A DNA stretch of 64,000 nt from contig NC_043022.1 in assembly GCF_006345805.1 (NCBI RefSeq), forward strand, positions 11,594,001 to 11,658,000, in the 5' to 3' direction. This document shows positions 38,012 to 52,696 of the stretch, in pieces; the stretch's first letter is position 1; each line of letters begins with the position of its first letter. Both the position numbers and the translations under genes were made by a program. The stretch comes from Octopus sinensis. Its lineage: Eukaryota. The notes under the pieces were generated by a model. The model ran no database searches and was not told where the DNA came from. It saw only the letters and a list, made by a program, of their open reading frames with translations.

Positions 38012-38229
38012 CAACTTATAAATAAGAGCAAACGAAAAAATTTCTAATGCCAAATATGCCGAAATTAGACATATTGTCCATAACCATTATAATTTTTCAC
38101 AATACCTTTAAAGGTATTTTTTAATATGCTGGCCATTGATAAAATTTTGTTTTGAAAAAATTTTATCCTACATTAAATATAAAAATAAAAATTAAAAAAA
38201 AAAAAAATATATATATATATATATTTGTG

Positions 38230-38620
38230 TAGGTGCAGGAGTGGCTGTGTGGTAAGTAGCTGCTAACCAACCACATGGTTCCGGGTTCAGTCCCACTGCG
38301 GGGCATCTTGGCAAGTGTCTTCTGCTAAAGCCCCGGGCCGACCAATGCCTTGTGAGTGGATTTGGTAGACGGAAACTGAAAGAAGCCTGTCGTATATATT
38401 ATATATATATATGTATGTGTGTGTGTTTTTGTGTGTCCCCCTAGCATTGCTTGCAACCGATGCTGGTGTGTTTACGTCCCCGTCACTTAGCGGTTCGGCA
38501 AAAGAGACTGATAGAATAAGTACTGGGCTTACAAAGAATAAGTCCCGGGGTCGATTAGCTCGACTAAAGGCGGTGCTCCAGCATGGCCACAGTCAAATGA
38601 CTGAAACAAGTAAAAGAGCA
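38230..38620 (+). mobile_element. tRNA-derived SINE, full length
   Basis: Same family as 11320-11687. Confidence 0.85.
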
Positions 38621-38930
38621 AAAAGAGCAAAAGAGGTGCAAGCATGGCTGTGTGGTTAAGAAGCTTGGTTTGCAATCACATGGTTTCAGGTTCAATCCCA
38701 CAGTAGAGCACATTGAGAAAGTATCTTCTCCTATGGCCGAATGCCAATCAATACCTTGTGAGTGAATTTGTTCAATGGAAACTATATGTAAAATCATCAT
38801 GTATGAGTGTGTGTGCATGTATATCGGTGTGTTTGTATGTGTATGTGATATATGTGTGTGGGTGTATGTGTGTGTGCATGCATGTGTATGTAGTATAGCG
38901 TGTGCGTGGGGGTGTGTTTATGTGTATGTG

Positions 38931-38965
<35 letters not shown>

Positions 38966-39503
38966 GGATGTGTCTGCGTGTGTATGTCTGCATATCTGTG
39001 TGGAGGTGGAGGTGGGGGAATATGCGGTGGGGGGAAGAGTTTTTGTGTTTTTTCCCCTTACCAACACTTGATAACCAATGTTGGCTTGTTTACATCAAAC
39101 TGTAACTTAGCAATTTGGCAAAAGAGACTGAAAGAATAAGTACTAGACGTTCAATAAAACAAAAATCAAGTCCTGGGTTAGATTTCATCAACTAAAAACC
39201 CTTCAAATCAGTGCCCCAGCTTGGCCTCAGTCAGATAACTGAAACAAGCAACAAAAAAAAAAGAGACTGATAAAACATAATATATCACTCTTACTCTATA
39301 ACTTTATCTTCAGCTTTGTAATTATTATCCAATCATGATGATGATAATGACGACAGACTACTTATCAATATTCAAACCTATTTCAAGTTACCAGCAGGCT
39401 TAGAGGGGGGTGAGTACACTCAAATGAACAGTCAAGACTGTTGATAAGAAATAGACGTGATCCGAAGGTGAGAGGAACATAACATTTATGAGTTACAGCA
39501 ACA

Positions 39504-39546
39504 ATGGTTCCTGCATGGTCTGTTCTCATTACCTTTCTTCTAACAG
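39504..39546 (+). CDS. Ly6/uPAR gene C, probable exon 1 (signal peptide)
   Basis: caacaATG; MVPAWSVLITFLLT+G, donor cag|gtaact in phase 1; joins exon 2 to give MVPAWSVLITFLLTVSTSNG/LSC; implies a 15.5-kb intron. Confidence 0.65.
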
Positions 39547-39717
39547 GTAACTGTGTACTTTATTGTTTCTCTTCACAATTCAGTAATGTAATATATGCAT
39601 ATGTTCGTTAATTTCTCAATTACTCTCTTAAATATCTCTCTCTCTTAAATCAATGGATCCACATTTCTCTTCTATATAATTTCATTTCACTTTTTAAAAT
39701 TTATTTTCATTGTAAAC

Positions 39718-39770
<53 letters not shown>

Positions 39771-40011
39771 GTAATAATAATGATAATAATTCTTTCAATT
39801 CCAAGGGGATCGGAAAAGTCAATCATGTATTTGACTAGTATTTGACTGCTATGTAATTTATCGACCCCAAAAGGATGAAAGGCAAAGTTGACCTTGGTGG
39901 AATATGATTTATAATAATAATAATAAATAATAATAATGGTGATGATGACGGTTGCTCCTGTCGATTTTGATGTATGAGTTTTTGAAGGAAAGTATTTAAA
40001 GTTATAGAGAG

Positions 40012-40171
40012 TATTATTAAAGCTGCAAAAAACATCACAAAGATATCACAAAAAACTGCTATTCAGTCTCACATTCATTCTTGACCACAATGGCCCAGCA
40101 AACAGGAACATGAAAATCTGAGTTACAGTTTTTCGTGATATTTTTGTGATGCTTTTGCAGCTTTAATAATA
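40012..40171. repeat. 46-47-bp-arm inverted repeat (hairpin or MITE)
   Basis: 40012-40058 versus reverse complement of 40126-40171, about 4 differences. Confidence 0.75.
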
Positions 40172-41998
40172 AAGCATATTACTCTACCTCCAGTAGTCTA
40201 GTATTATTTTTTGCTCCCTTGTTTCACATTTATGTGCTTACTAGTAAATCTAATTGTCGCTTGGACATACACCAGCAATGACTTTTTCACTGGTAATGCC
40301 TTCCCTGTATATTGCAAAATTTTAATTCTTTTCCCAAATAAAATGTACTTCATATTTGAGACTCCATTGAAGCTATCAGATGTTATTCAAGCACTCAACT
40401 AAGTGTCCACTGCACCTTATAGCAGAAACAGGCTTGGGTGTACAGTCATAAGATTTTGGTGTCAATTCTTGAAGCAAGAGAAATATTGTCTCCTGGACAT
40501 AATGGCCAATAAATAAACATTATATATATTTTTACAATATATACAATATTAACCTCACAAAGAAAGGTATTTCAACTCAAAGATTTACTTATTTATTTAG
40601 ATATTATACAGGTATTATATACTCTTCCAGTTATGAAATATGATACCTTTGGTTCTGGGTTTCCAAGAACCAGTCAGTTGCTCATTGTAATTGTGAGTCA
40701 GTTGCTCATTGCTATTGTGAGAATAGTTTGGGGATGTTGAACATAAGACATGGAACGTGTTGTAAAAGATCATATTTTGTTTTTCTCACTAATGTTTTAT
40801 ATCAAATGTTGGTATAAATTTTCAAATGATACATACATACAAAAGCATACATGCATATATGTATGCATACATGCTTGCATACATCATAAACATATATTTA
40901 TGTACACATGTACATATATACATTCATAATACATAAATACATATACATACATACATAATAAATACATATATTTTTTTTTTTTTCTTGCTCGTTTTACCCC
41001 TCTACGAGGTTATTTTATTTTAATTCTCTCGTAGGAAGGCCTAGCATGACCAGACGTGTCCTGTCTTGCCTTCGAAATACGCTATGTCTGCTAGCGACAG
41101 CTGATGAAGGGGATTCTTCCTTGTGCAGCATGTCCTGTACTTCGTTTTTCTGCTGTACCTAATTGTTTTTCCCGTTTTCGTTTTCGTCTTTCTAGACATC
41201 TTAAGTTATTGTGATTAATATAATGAAGCTTCACCTAAATTACTATGATTCTGTATTTGACCTTGTTGAGCTTCGTTAGGTTGTGAAGTACAGAGTTTTG
41301 ATTAAAATCTACATGTACTCCTTGTTCTGCACTACTTGCTGCCTTTATACATTACTCAATAGTCTATTCACACCATCATAGTTAACTAATGACAAGAATA
41401 TTTGGCATGTTTTATAAGCCGCTTTCACAAAAGCAAAAGTATTGTCGTGCATCAATATTTTGTATAACACAAAGTTTGCTACTTATTAATGTAATTGGTA
41501 AAGGTACAGTTTAACCCTTTGGCTACTATATTTCAGCAGAAATACATTGCTTTTGTTTCTAACAATTTTGAAAATAATGAAGAATTTACAAAGATAAACT
41601 TGTCGTTATTAAGCTGGTGTTTGGGACATGAATTAACAGGAAAATGTTTTAATTTAGATCACTTGAAGACAGAAAGTTTCTATCCTAGGAACAAGATTAT
41701 CAGACGAATATCAAAAGGGTCAAACAATGCAACCCCGAAAATCTCTCAAACTCGATTTCTTGTCAAACTTCTATAGGATATATTGAGTCAAAATTGGCTG
41801 ATAGTAATTTTGTGCTGTGGAAGCCAATGAAACCAATAGAAAATCATGGATTGCATTCTTTTCATTATCATTTTTGCTTAATGAAATATTTTAGGTGACC
41901 AAATTAGCAATGGTGGAAGATATTCTGAAAGTATTGTTGGTTGAATAAGAATAGGGTGGAGGAAGTCCAGAGAGCCATTGCCTCTGTTGGCAACAAAA

Positions 41999-42048
<50 letters not shown>

Positions 42049-42149
42049 ACTCTCTCTAACTCTCTCTCTCTCTTTCTCTCAGGGTGAAAGGAACATTGTA
42101 TGCTGCTTGTGTACAAACAGATTTACTCCATGATAGTGCCTTGAATGTG

Positions 42150-42510
42150 TAAGGCATTTTAGACTCGAGAAGAATAAAACTAGTATACTTTGATGAATAT
42201 GCAATATCAGTGTGCATGTATGACAAAGTGCAAATGTACAGAGAGAAAAGATGGGCATAAGAGGAATCAGATGCAGCTAGCAAGAGAGAAGACCACATTG
42301 GTTTGGACATGTGATGCATATGAATGAAGATAGCTGTATAAAGAAGTATTGATCACTGAAAGCAGATGGTGCCTGTGGAAGAGGGAGAGCCAGGAGGACA
42401 TAGGATGAAGTTATAAGGACCAATCTCTAGATGTTGGGCATCACAAAGGAGATAACAATGGACTGAGATGTCTAGCAATATGAGATTCTTGAGAAGACCC
42501 ACCCACCTCA
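42150..42510 (+). mobile_element. RTE LINE 3' fragment, old
   Basis: cattggtttggacatgtgatgcatatgaatgaagatagctgt...tgtggaagagggagagcc, homologous to the RTE C-terminus. Confidence 0.6.
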
Positions 42511-44091
42511 GCAAAACTGAATTCTAGAAGTGCATTGTGTTCCACCCACATGTGACATTACATTTTTCACACATCCTACCCCAATAAACCAAACTATGTT
42601 TCCTCTTCTCCACTTCCTCAAATCTCCTCCTCTTCATGCACTATGCTTATCTCCTCGTCCCCACTCCTGTCCTCCTTGCTATGTCAACTGTATCATTGCT
42701 ATCCTGTCATCCACCTTTCCTTATATCTCCAGGTCTCACCAGTCACTGCATTATCCTCGCTCACCCCACCATGCTTGGCATCCACAGGCACCCTAGGCAA
42801 TCCTCTACTATCCCATTTATATTCACATTCACATACCTTGAGAGTAAGCCCTGCCACATCACCACCATTCCTCTGTCTCTCCCCCTCTCTCACTTCCCAG
42901 CTCTCTCTCTTCCTCTCTCCCCTATCTCTGACTGGGGATAACCATATATCTCCTCTACACCAAGACACCTGTTTCTGTCCCTCTGTCACACACTAACCTC
43001 TCACCACATGGCACAAAGCCACCTCCTTCAATATCACCTTCACCCCTCAAGGGATCTTAGTCTTACAAATTACTTGGTAAACTTGTCAATGATGATACCA
43101 TGTAAAAACCACCCAGATGGCATTAGGAAGGGCATCCAGCTGTAAAAACCATGCTGAAATAGAGTGAAGCTCACGCAGTGCTCTGGATTACCAGCTCCTG
43201 TCAAATCATCCAACTAGCATGGAAAGCAGACATTGGATGATGATGATGATGGCATTGATGTATATACAGAAGAAATAAGGATAAACGCAAAGTTTATGTT
43301 ATAGTTCCTATGTACATTTCACCACTGTGGTTGCTTGGAACCCAGCAATAAGTGTTCCAAATGCTTTTAGATACTCAGCCACAATAGATCATCATGGAAC
43401 ACATAATTGCAGTAAGTTACAGATGATTATGTCCTAATTTGGGTTAGAAAACAAGGCACTTTGTAAGTATTTTGGGAAGGAAAGGGGAAAAAAAACAACT
43501 GAATAAGAAGGAAATATATTAGATACAAGTGAAATGGGGAGAGTGAGAGAGAGAGATAATGAGGGGAGAAAAGGAAAAGAAAAGAATGAGAGAAAGACAT
43601 AAAGAAAGAAAATAATTATGTGGACAGCCAAAGTAGAGGTAAATAAAATATAAGATATATAATACATGTAAAATATAGAAATATAAAATATGAATTAAAA
43701 AATTAAAAATTAAAGCAGCCTAATAACTTAGAATGGAATGAATATTGGTAAGTAAAATATTAATATATATATATATATATATTAAATAACTAAATAAATG
43801 GATAAATAAATAAATACAGTTAAGAGAGAGAGAAGATGAAGAGTGAGGAAGAGTGCAGGTGAAAGATAGGGGGAGAGGTGTGGAAAAGATAAATGGGAGT
43901 CAATAACATTTAGATTGTGAATGAATAGTCATTAATCCACATGTAATGATTTCATGCAGTTTCTGGCTACCAACTTCACCCACAAGGCATTGGTCAGCTT
44001 CCTAGAACTATAGTAGAAGATGATGTGAGACTGAGCCTGAAACCACATAGTTGCAAAGTGAGATTCTTACCCACACATCCATGCCTGAACC

Positions 44092-44119
<28 letters not shown>

Positions 44120-44122
<3 letters not shown>

Positions 44123-44309
44123 ATATTAGGAATGAATCCAAAATTACAGGGAAAAATTTGATACTGATTAGAAGATCGAAAATCCACCTGAAGATTGTCG
44201 GAGCAGACATGAAACATTTGTAGTGGCGGTTTATTTAATTTATATTAAAATTTTATGTATTGATTAAGTCTTTCCTTGTTTGGTTTTAAAATAGTGGTTT
44301 GTCTCGAAT

Positions 44310-44320
<11 letters not shown>
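44120..44320 (+). mobile_element. Penelope-like 3' end with minimal hammerhead at 44184-44226
   Basis: ccac-CTGAAGA-t tgtc ggagca gaca t-GAAA-c attt g-TA-gtgg; downstream tail homologous to 237-345. Confidence 0.7.
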
Positions 44321-44358
<38 letters not shown>

Positions 44359-44380
44359 GTGTGTGTGTGTGTATTTATAA

Positions 44381-44440
<60 letters not shown>

Positions 44441-44498
44441 ATGTATGTATGTATATATATGTATGTATGTATGTATGTATATATATGTATGTATGTAT

Positions 44499-44554
<56 letters not shown>

Positions 44555-45632
44555 GCATACATACATGTATAACTTCATACACTTACATAAAAGCCTTTCG
44601 CTTAATCTTCAGTTTATTGACAAAAGCCTCATTGCTTGCTGGTTTCTATTGGTACAAATTACTGGTTCACTGCATTTCTAAGGACTGGGAGTGACAAAGG
44701 AAATGCCACTGGTTTGTTTCCTTTCTTTCTCTCTCTCTTCAATATTTACTGTTTGCTGACGTACAATAAAACTTATATACATGCATTCATACATAAATAC
44801 ATACCTGCATATATACAAATATATAAATGCGTGAGTGGATGTGAGCGTGTGTGTGTGTGTGTGTGTCCTTTTACTCTTTTATTTGTTTCAGTCATTTGAC
44901 TGCACCATGCTAGAGCATCACTCTAATTGAAGAAATTGACCCCAGGACTTATTCTTTGTAAACCAAGAAATTTTTCTATTGGACTCTTTTTGCCAAATTG
45001 CTAAGTTATGAGGATGCAAACACACCAACATCAGTTTTCAAGCACTGAGGGTGGGTACAAACACAGTCACACGAACAAAGGCTTCTTTCAGTTTCCGTCT
45101 ACCAAATTCACTCACAATGTTTTTATCAGCCCAAGGCTGTAGTAGAAGACACTTGCCCAAGGTGCCACACAGTGGGACAAAACCCAGAACCATGTGGTTG
45201 GGAAGCAAGCTTCTTACCACACAGATACACCTGTGTATCTTTTATCTTTTGCTTCTTTCAGTCATTAGACTGTGGCCATGCTGGGGCACCACCTTCAAGA
45301 TTTTTTAACCAAATGAATCAACCCCAGTACTCATTTTTTTTTTCCTTTTAAGCCTTGTACTTATTCTATCAGTCTTTTTTGCAAAACTTCTAAGTTACAG
45401 AGATATTAACACACCAACACTGGTTGTCAAGCTGTGGTAGTGAACACACACATAGGGTGGTTGGCGTTTGGAAAGGCATCCAGCCATAAAAACCATTCCA
45501 AAACACATGGAGCCTGAACAGCCCTTCAGCTGGTCACCACCTGTCAAATTGTCCAACCCATGCCAGTATGGAAAACAGATGTTAAATAATGATGATATAT
45601 ATATATATATATATATACGTATATACATATAC

Positions 45633-45685
<53 letters not shown>

Positions 45686-45737
45686 TATACGTATATATAT
45701 ATAGATATACGTATATATATATATATATAAACGTATA

Positions 45738-46124
45738 TCTCTCTCTATATAAACGGCAGTTTGTCTGTGCGTGTTTCTGTGTGTCTGTTTTCTCGTACCC
45801 TCACCCTGACCACGGCTTTCAACCGATTCTGATGAAACTTGACACACACATAGCCCAATGTCATAATTCAAAACTAACGCAGCGAAAATTTTGAAAAGTT
45901 CCCCCAGTTCTGAAAAAAATCGATAAATTCGACATGGGGTCGAGAATAAAAAAAAACAAACCACAGACTGTCTAGGGGACGCAACTCAACCTTTTATTAC
46001 TCTAAAAAAAAAATTTACCATCATTTTTTTTCCATTTTTTGGCTATTTTTTGGCTATAACTCTCTAAAAATGCTTTATAGTTATTTCCCTTACAAACCTG
46101 AGCAACGCCGGGCGATACTGCTAG
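45738..46124 (+). mobile_element. Non-autonomous Helitron
   Basis: A|TC start, hairpin gagcaacgccgggcg, CTAG|T end. Confidence 0.7.
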
Positions 46125-46139
46125 TCTATATATATATCT

Positions 46140-46385
46140 CTTGTGAAAGGTAGGAGAGTCCAGTTTGCTGGACATTGTTGTAGAGCTGAAAAAGAAGTAA
46201 TTTCTACTCTTCTCCTCTGGAAGCCATCTACTCGCAATACCAGAGGGTGCACACTCTCCTACCCTGATGTAATCTCCAGGGATACAGGCATCCAGCAACA
46301 GGACCTCCGTAATGCTATGATGGACCGTGAAGTCTGGCGTAACATAATAAATTCCATTGTCTCGACCACGGTCGAACAATGATGA

Positions 46386-46395
<10 letters not shown>
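46140..46395 (+). mobile_element. LINE 3' end (L2/RTE-like) with (ATG)n tail
   Basis: RRVQFAGHCCR...AMMDREVWR. Confidence 0.6.
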
Positions 46396-46426
<31 letters not shown>

Positions 46427-47848
46427 ATTTCTATATGGGAGAGGCTTCTTTCAGTTTCCATCAACCAAATCCACTTACAATGCTTTGGTCAGCCTGAAGC
46501 TATATTAGAAGACAGTTGCTCAAGGTGCCATGCAGTAGGACTGAACCCAGGGCTAGGACACAACAACAAAATACAAACACTGAGACGTTGTTGTTGTTGC
46601 TACTGCTGTTTTTACCTTCAGGTCTTCCGAGGTTGAGCAGCCCCATGATTAAAAGCAGTCTTCCAAGCATGACCATTCCATCTTATTTTCAGACTTATAT
46701 TTAGAACTACATTATCCAATGTGTTCTTGTTTAAAATGGTAGAATGTAATTTTGCGAGAGATTTGTTATTTTTAGAACATTAAACAATCAACTATAGGTT
46801 TCTCTGCCTCTCATTGGCTCACAAGCCGGAGATTGTCACCAAACTGTCATTCTTCTCAATCTGGGGGAACTAGATAACATATTTGGACATTAACCTTTCA
46901 GCTTGACAGATAACAAAAATATGTGTACCAACTCACTGCAAACAAGACCGTTCATTATTGAAAGCCAAACTTTTGATTTGGTTGCTAAGTTGCAGATAAG
47001 TAATTTGCTTACAGCATACATCAATGTGTGTGTGTGTGTGTGTGCATATGTGTGAGACTTATTTGTTAGGGTGTTGCACTCATGATTGCAAGATTGTGAG
47101 TTCAATTCCTACACTGGCAGTGTGTTGTGTTCTTGAGTAAAACACTTCATTTCACAATGCTCCAGTTTGCAAGGCTGTAGCTGGGTAACCCTACAATGGT
47201 CTGTCGTTCCATTAAGGGAAATGCTGGCCTGCCTGCCCACTTAGCCAGTAGGGTGGCATCATTTGAAAACTAAAACCATGTGAGGAAGCACTTTGTCACC
47301 AGCAGTGTAACCCCACAGCCCATAGTCTGATTAATACAGTGATTCATTGATATATGTGTGTGTATGATAATTTACCTTGAGATAAATTATACTATTTATA
47401 GACAGATAATTTATCTTAAAATAAATTATCAGTCTGTAGAAAGCATCTGGTAATGTTTAGATTTTGCTTTTGTTTACAAAGTTTATATTGACCATAGACT
47501 TGCTCACAAATATTCATGACATTACACTATTGTATGGTAATTAACTGGCAGTTTTGTTGTCATACATTTTTGTTGTCTTCAGTATTTTTAACAAATGCAT
47601 GCATAACTACTTGATAATTATTATCACTTTCTCCCTCACATTCTCTCTCATTTTAATTTCTCTCTTTCTCCCTCACATTCTCTCTCATTTTAATTTCTCT
47701 CTTTCTCCCTCACATTCTCTCTCATTTTAATTTCTCTCTTTCTCTCGAACATATATTTTGCTCTAACTACTCCGCCACCACCAATAAAATCTACCATGTA
47801 TTATATATGACTGCGCACAAATATATCAAATGTATTATATATATATAT

Positions 47849-50775
47849 CATCATCATCATCATCGTTTAGCGTCCGTTTTCCATGCTAGCATGGGTTGGA
47901 CGGTTCTACTGGGGTCTGTGAAGCCAGAAGGCTTCATCAGGCCCAGTCAAATCTGGCAGTGTTTCTACGGCTGGATGCCCTTCCTAACGCCAACCACTCC
48001 GTGAGTGTAGTGGGTGCTTTTTACGTGCCACCCGCACAGGTGCCAGACAGAGCTGGCAAACGGCCACGAACGGATGGTGCTTTTTATGTGCCACCGGCAC
48101 GAGGGCCAGGCGAGGCTGGCAACGGACACGAAACGGGGCGGTGCTGGCAACGGTCGCGAAACGGAAGGTTCTCTTACATGCCACCGGCACTGGTAACACA
48201 TCTGCAATTTCCATTGATCGATTTCCATTCTGATCTTCACTTGCCTCAACGGGTCTTCACAAGTAGAGTTTCGACATGCCACCGGCACTGGTAACACATC
48301 TGCAATTTCCATTGATCGATTTCCATTCTGATCCTCACTTGCCTCAACAGGTCTTCACAAGTAGAGTTTTGTCCCCCAAGAAGGGAAGGTATGCATACGT
48401 AGGCTGGCTCCGTCCCAAGTAGAAGGCCACGGGTTATGGACTCACTTGTCCTGCCGGGTCTTCTCGCGCACAGCACACTTCCAGAGGACTCGGTCTCTAG
48501 TCATTTCCTCAGTGAGACCTAAAGTTCGAAGGTCATGCTTCACCACCTCGTCCCAGGTTTTCCTGGGTCTGCCTCTTCCACAGGTTCCCTCAACCGCTAG
48601 GGTGTGGCACTTTTTCACACAACTTTCTTCATCCATTCTCGCCACATGACCATACCAGCGCAAACGTCTCGCTTGCACACCACAACTGATGCTTCTTAGG
48701 TCCAGCTTTTCTCTCAAGGTACTTACACTCTGTCGATTATGAACACTGACATTACACATCCATCGGAGCATACTGGCTTCATTTCTTGCGAGCTTACGCA
48801 TATCCTCAGCAGTCACGGCCCATGTTTCACTGCCATGTAGCATGGCTGTTCGTACACACGCATCATACAGTCTGCCTTTCACTCTGTGCGAGAGGCCTTT
48901 TGTCACCAGCAGAGGTAAGAGCTCTCTGAACTTTGCCCAAGCTATTCTTACTCTACAGTTACACTTTCAGCACACCCCCCCCGCTGCTGACTTGGTCACC
49001 TAGGTAACGGAAACTATCAACTATTTCTAGTTTTTCTCCCTGGAAAGTGACGGAAGTTGGTCTCAGAGCATTTTCAGTGTTTATTGTTCCTGAGCATCTG
49101 CCACATACAAAAACCATCTTCCTAGTTAGCCTTCCTTTGATATTGCTGCACCTCTTATGTGTCCATAGCTTACACTTGGTGCACCTTATAGAGTTTCTAC
49201 CTACACCTTTTCTACAGATCGAGCAGGGCCATCTACCTGAAGGCATTTGTGATTTGTCTACCTTCCTACTGATTACGACTTTGGTTTTAGCTAGATTGAC
49301 TCTGAGGCCCTTCGATTCTAATCCTTGTTTCCACACCTGAAACTTCTCCTCCAGTTCTGATAGCGACTCAGCAATTAGAGCAAGGTCATCAGCATAGAGG
49401 AGCTCCCAAGGGCATCCTGTCTTGAATTCCTCCATTATTGCCTGGAGGACTATGATAAATAGGAGGGGGCTGAGTACTGAGCCTTGGTGGACCCTTACCT
49501 CTACCCAGAATTCTTCACTGTACTCGTTTCCAACCCTCACCCTACTAGCAGCGTCCCTATACATGGCCCGCACAGCTCTCACTAACCATTCATCTATCCC
49601 TAGTTTCCTCATTGCCCACCAGATAAGGGATCGGGGGACCCTGTCGAAGGCTTTCTCCATGTCAACAAAAGCCAGGTACAGGGGCTTATCTTTGGCTAGA
49701 TATTTCTCCTGCAGCTGCCTTACTAGGAATATAGCATCAGTAGTACTTTTCCCTGACACAAGCCCAAACTGCATCTCATCTAAACTAACTCTCTCTCTAA
49801 TTAGTTGGGCTATGACCCTCTCCGTAACCTTCATCACCTGATCCAACAGCTTGATACCTCTGTAGTTATTTGTATCTAGGGCATCACCTTTACCTTTGTA
49901 GCAGTTGACTATTATGCTGCTACACCAGTCATTGGGTATGACTCCTTTGTGTATCACCTGATTAACTATACGGGTGACTAGGCTATAGCCGACACTACCA
50001 GACATTTTGAGCATCTCTGCAGTGATTCCTGATGGGCCTGGGGCTTTTCCTGTCTTCATGCTTCTAATTGCCTTAGCTACCACGGAACTATCAACTCGGA
50101 TAGCTGGTCCCTCTGTTGGGTCAACATTCGGCAGACTCTCTTTATCCCATTCATTTTCTTTATTCAGCAACCTTTCATACTGGCATCTCCAAACCTCTCT
50201 CTTTGCATCCTCATTTAGTGCAAGTGAACCATCTTCCATGCGAACACACTTCTCTCCTACCACATCACTATTCTCTCTCACACACTATCTTGCAATGCGA
50301 AACACCTCCAGTCTTTGGTCCTCACGGCGCAGAACATTGGCAAATTTTTTCTTATCTGCTTCCCCTCTGGCTAAATAAACCTGTCTCCTAGCTTCTCTTT
50401 TGGCAGTCTGATACAATTCCCTGCTACCCCCATTTTTCCAGACCTTCCAAGCCTGTCTCTTTTCTCTAATAGCCCTGTCTACAATATTGTTCCACCACCA
50501 CGTTATTCTAGGTCGAGAGGGGACTTTGCACCAGCCACAGATCTGGTCAGTGGCTCTCAGCAGGTTGTCCCTTAGAAACGTCCAGCTGTCTTCTACCCCC
50601 TGTGATGCTCTATCCCCTTCTACTTCGTCAGAGGCTTCAAGTAATATGTCTCTAAATCTCTGTCCATTTGCAGGATCTTTAAGCTTCCAGATCCTTCTTC
50701 TCCATATTGGTCGTCTTCTGGTTGTCCTCCTAGTCCTGATCCTAAAGTCACTAACTACCAGTCTATGTTGTGGGG
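47849..50775 (-). mobile_element. RTE LINE, best-preserved copy, 5'-truncated, antisense in intron 1 of gene C
   Basis: 440-aa RT ORF 48959-50281 with YADD; C-terminus 48442-48906; 98-bp tandem duplication 48176-48370 in the 3' UTR; (CAT)n tail. Confidence 0.95.
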
Positions 50776-50793
50776 TATATATATATATATATA

Positions 50794-50876
50794 TATAAAT
50801 TCATAAATGAGGGTGAAAAAAATGATGGTATTATTAAATTAATATCTAATTTTTCACCCTCATTTATGAATTTATA
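50794..50876. repeat. 27-bp perfect inverted repeat with 29-nt spacer
   Basis: tataaattcataaatgagggtgaaaaa / tttttcaccctcatttatgaatttata. Confidence 0.85.
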
Positions 50877-51256
50877 AATTTAATGATGCTGCAGTAAATA
50901 TTATATGCAGTATTCGTTTCCACTAAGTCTTACCATGCTTTTGGCGGGGAATCTGAATCACAACTATGTATGCAATCGATTAAACCGCATGGGTATTTGA
51001 CGCTCGTGAGGGTCTAATAAATTGTATCGAAAACAAACTGCCGCTGATGATTTATAGATAAATATGTGAGTAAAATTGCATATTATATTAATAACGAAAC
51101 AATTGTTCGGCATTAATCTATTTTTTCGTTGTATTTCACTTTCCTTACGTTGAATGTAATGTTATTTCTTATTGGAAACAACTTTGGTGGCTATACCAGA
51201 AAAAGGTGCTATTTTTAGCACTAGAGTTAACCACTTAGCAGTAACTCTCTTATATT

Positions 51257-51294
<38 letters not shown>

Positions 51295-51302
<8 letters not shown>

Positions 51303-52256
51303 AACCTTTACATAAATAAATAACGTGAAATACATGAAGGGACAGACATAAAAGACAAACGGGTCATTCAAAGCCTTCGTTCTTCAGTCAGAAACTGATT
51401 CCTCATCGCAGATTTCGGCTGTTTAATTCTGAGATCCGCTCTGAATCAGCCAGCCACAGAAGGAAAGAATGCAACGCAACAGAGACGAACATGAAACAAA
51501 AAAAACTTTTTTGGAGACAGTAACGGTTAAAAACATGGATGACACAGGCGCCCTACGGCTTTGAGACAAAAGGAGACACAAAAACAATATCAGCAAGCGT
51601 GGAAAAATAATTACCTTTTCGGTGATGAGACACATGTTGAACAAGCGGCCGATGGCAACAGAATGGCTGAGGCAGCAAGTCTCAAGAGGGTAAGAGAGAG
51701 AGGGGACCAAGGAGGGTGGAAGGCGAGGACAGAAGCAGTGACCAAGAGAGAGAGGGAGAGAAGGAATCAGAGAAGAAGCAGTGATCAAGAGAGAGAGGGA
51801 GAGAAGGAATCAGAGAGGCTGGGAGAAAAAAGCGCCAAAACAATTTGGCAACGAAGCAATGGCGAAGGAAAGAAAAAAGTTTAAAGACATCGTGCAGGGG
51901 TGGTGATATGATAAACATAAAGAAGTTATTATGCATGTACGCTGCGAAATATATAATAAACCTTTACATAAATAAATAACGTGAAATACACGAAGGGATG
52001 AACATAAAAGACAAACGGGTCATTCAAAGCCTTCGTTCTTCAGTCAGAAACTGATTCCTCATCGCAGATTTCGGCTGTTTAATTCTGAGATCCGCTCTGA
52101 ATCAGCCAGCCACAGAAGGAAAGAATGCAACGCAACAGAGACGAACATGAAACAAAAAAAACATTTTTGGAGACAGTAACGGTTAAAAACATGGATGACA
52201 CAGGCGCCCTACGGCTTTGAGACAAAAGGAGACACAAAAACAATATCAGCAAGCGT
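51295..52256 (-). repeat. 306-bp direct repeats (51295-51600, 51951-52256), Penelope pLTR-like
   Basis: Near-identical copies with a 656-bp period; (TA)n at the left end; degenerate CTGAAGA...GAAT motif on the minus strand. Confidence 0.65.
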
Positions 52257-52643
52257 AGAAGAAAATAACATTTTCTTTAAACAACACTCATATTCTAAAA
52301 TGCACACATCCGAGTCTGTTGTGGATCATTCTTCCCTGATGAAATACCCAATTAACCAGTTTCAATATGAAAATTTAAATTAAATTAATTTAATTGAATT
52401 TCTGGAATGAACTAATTAAGTATGGAAACAGCTGTAGGACTGGAATTTCATTATATGAATTTGAGTACTTGTGAATAAACTAATGACTGCATGTCAGTTT
52501 CTCCATTTCTCATTCATAAGTATTTTAAATACCTACATATATCAATGCAAAACTAATATATCTGGGTTTTCACTGAATACTGATATTAACCAGAGAACTA
52601 GGATGCTAGCATCTCTCAAAGGATTATAGGTCCTTGACACAAT

Positions 52644-52696
<53 letters not shown>

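Noticed and set aside
51040-51075. CTGATGA followed by a small hairpin
   Set aside because: No GAAA or cleavage-site strand follows
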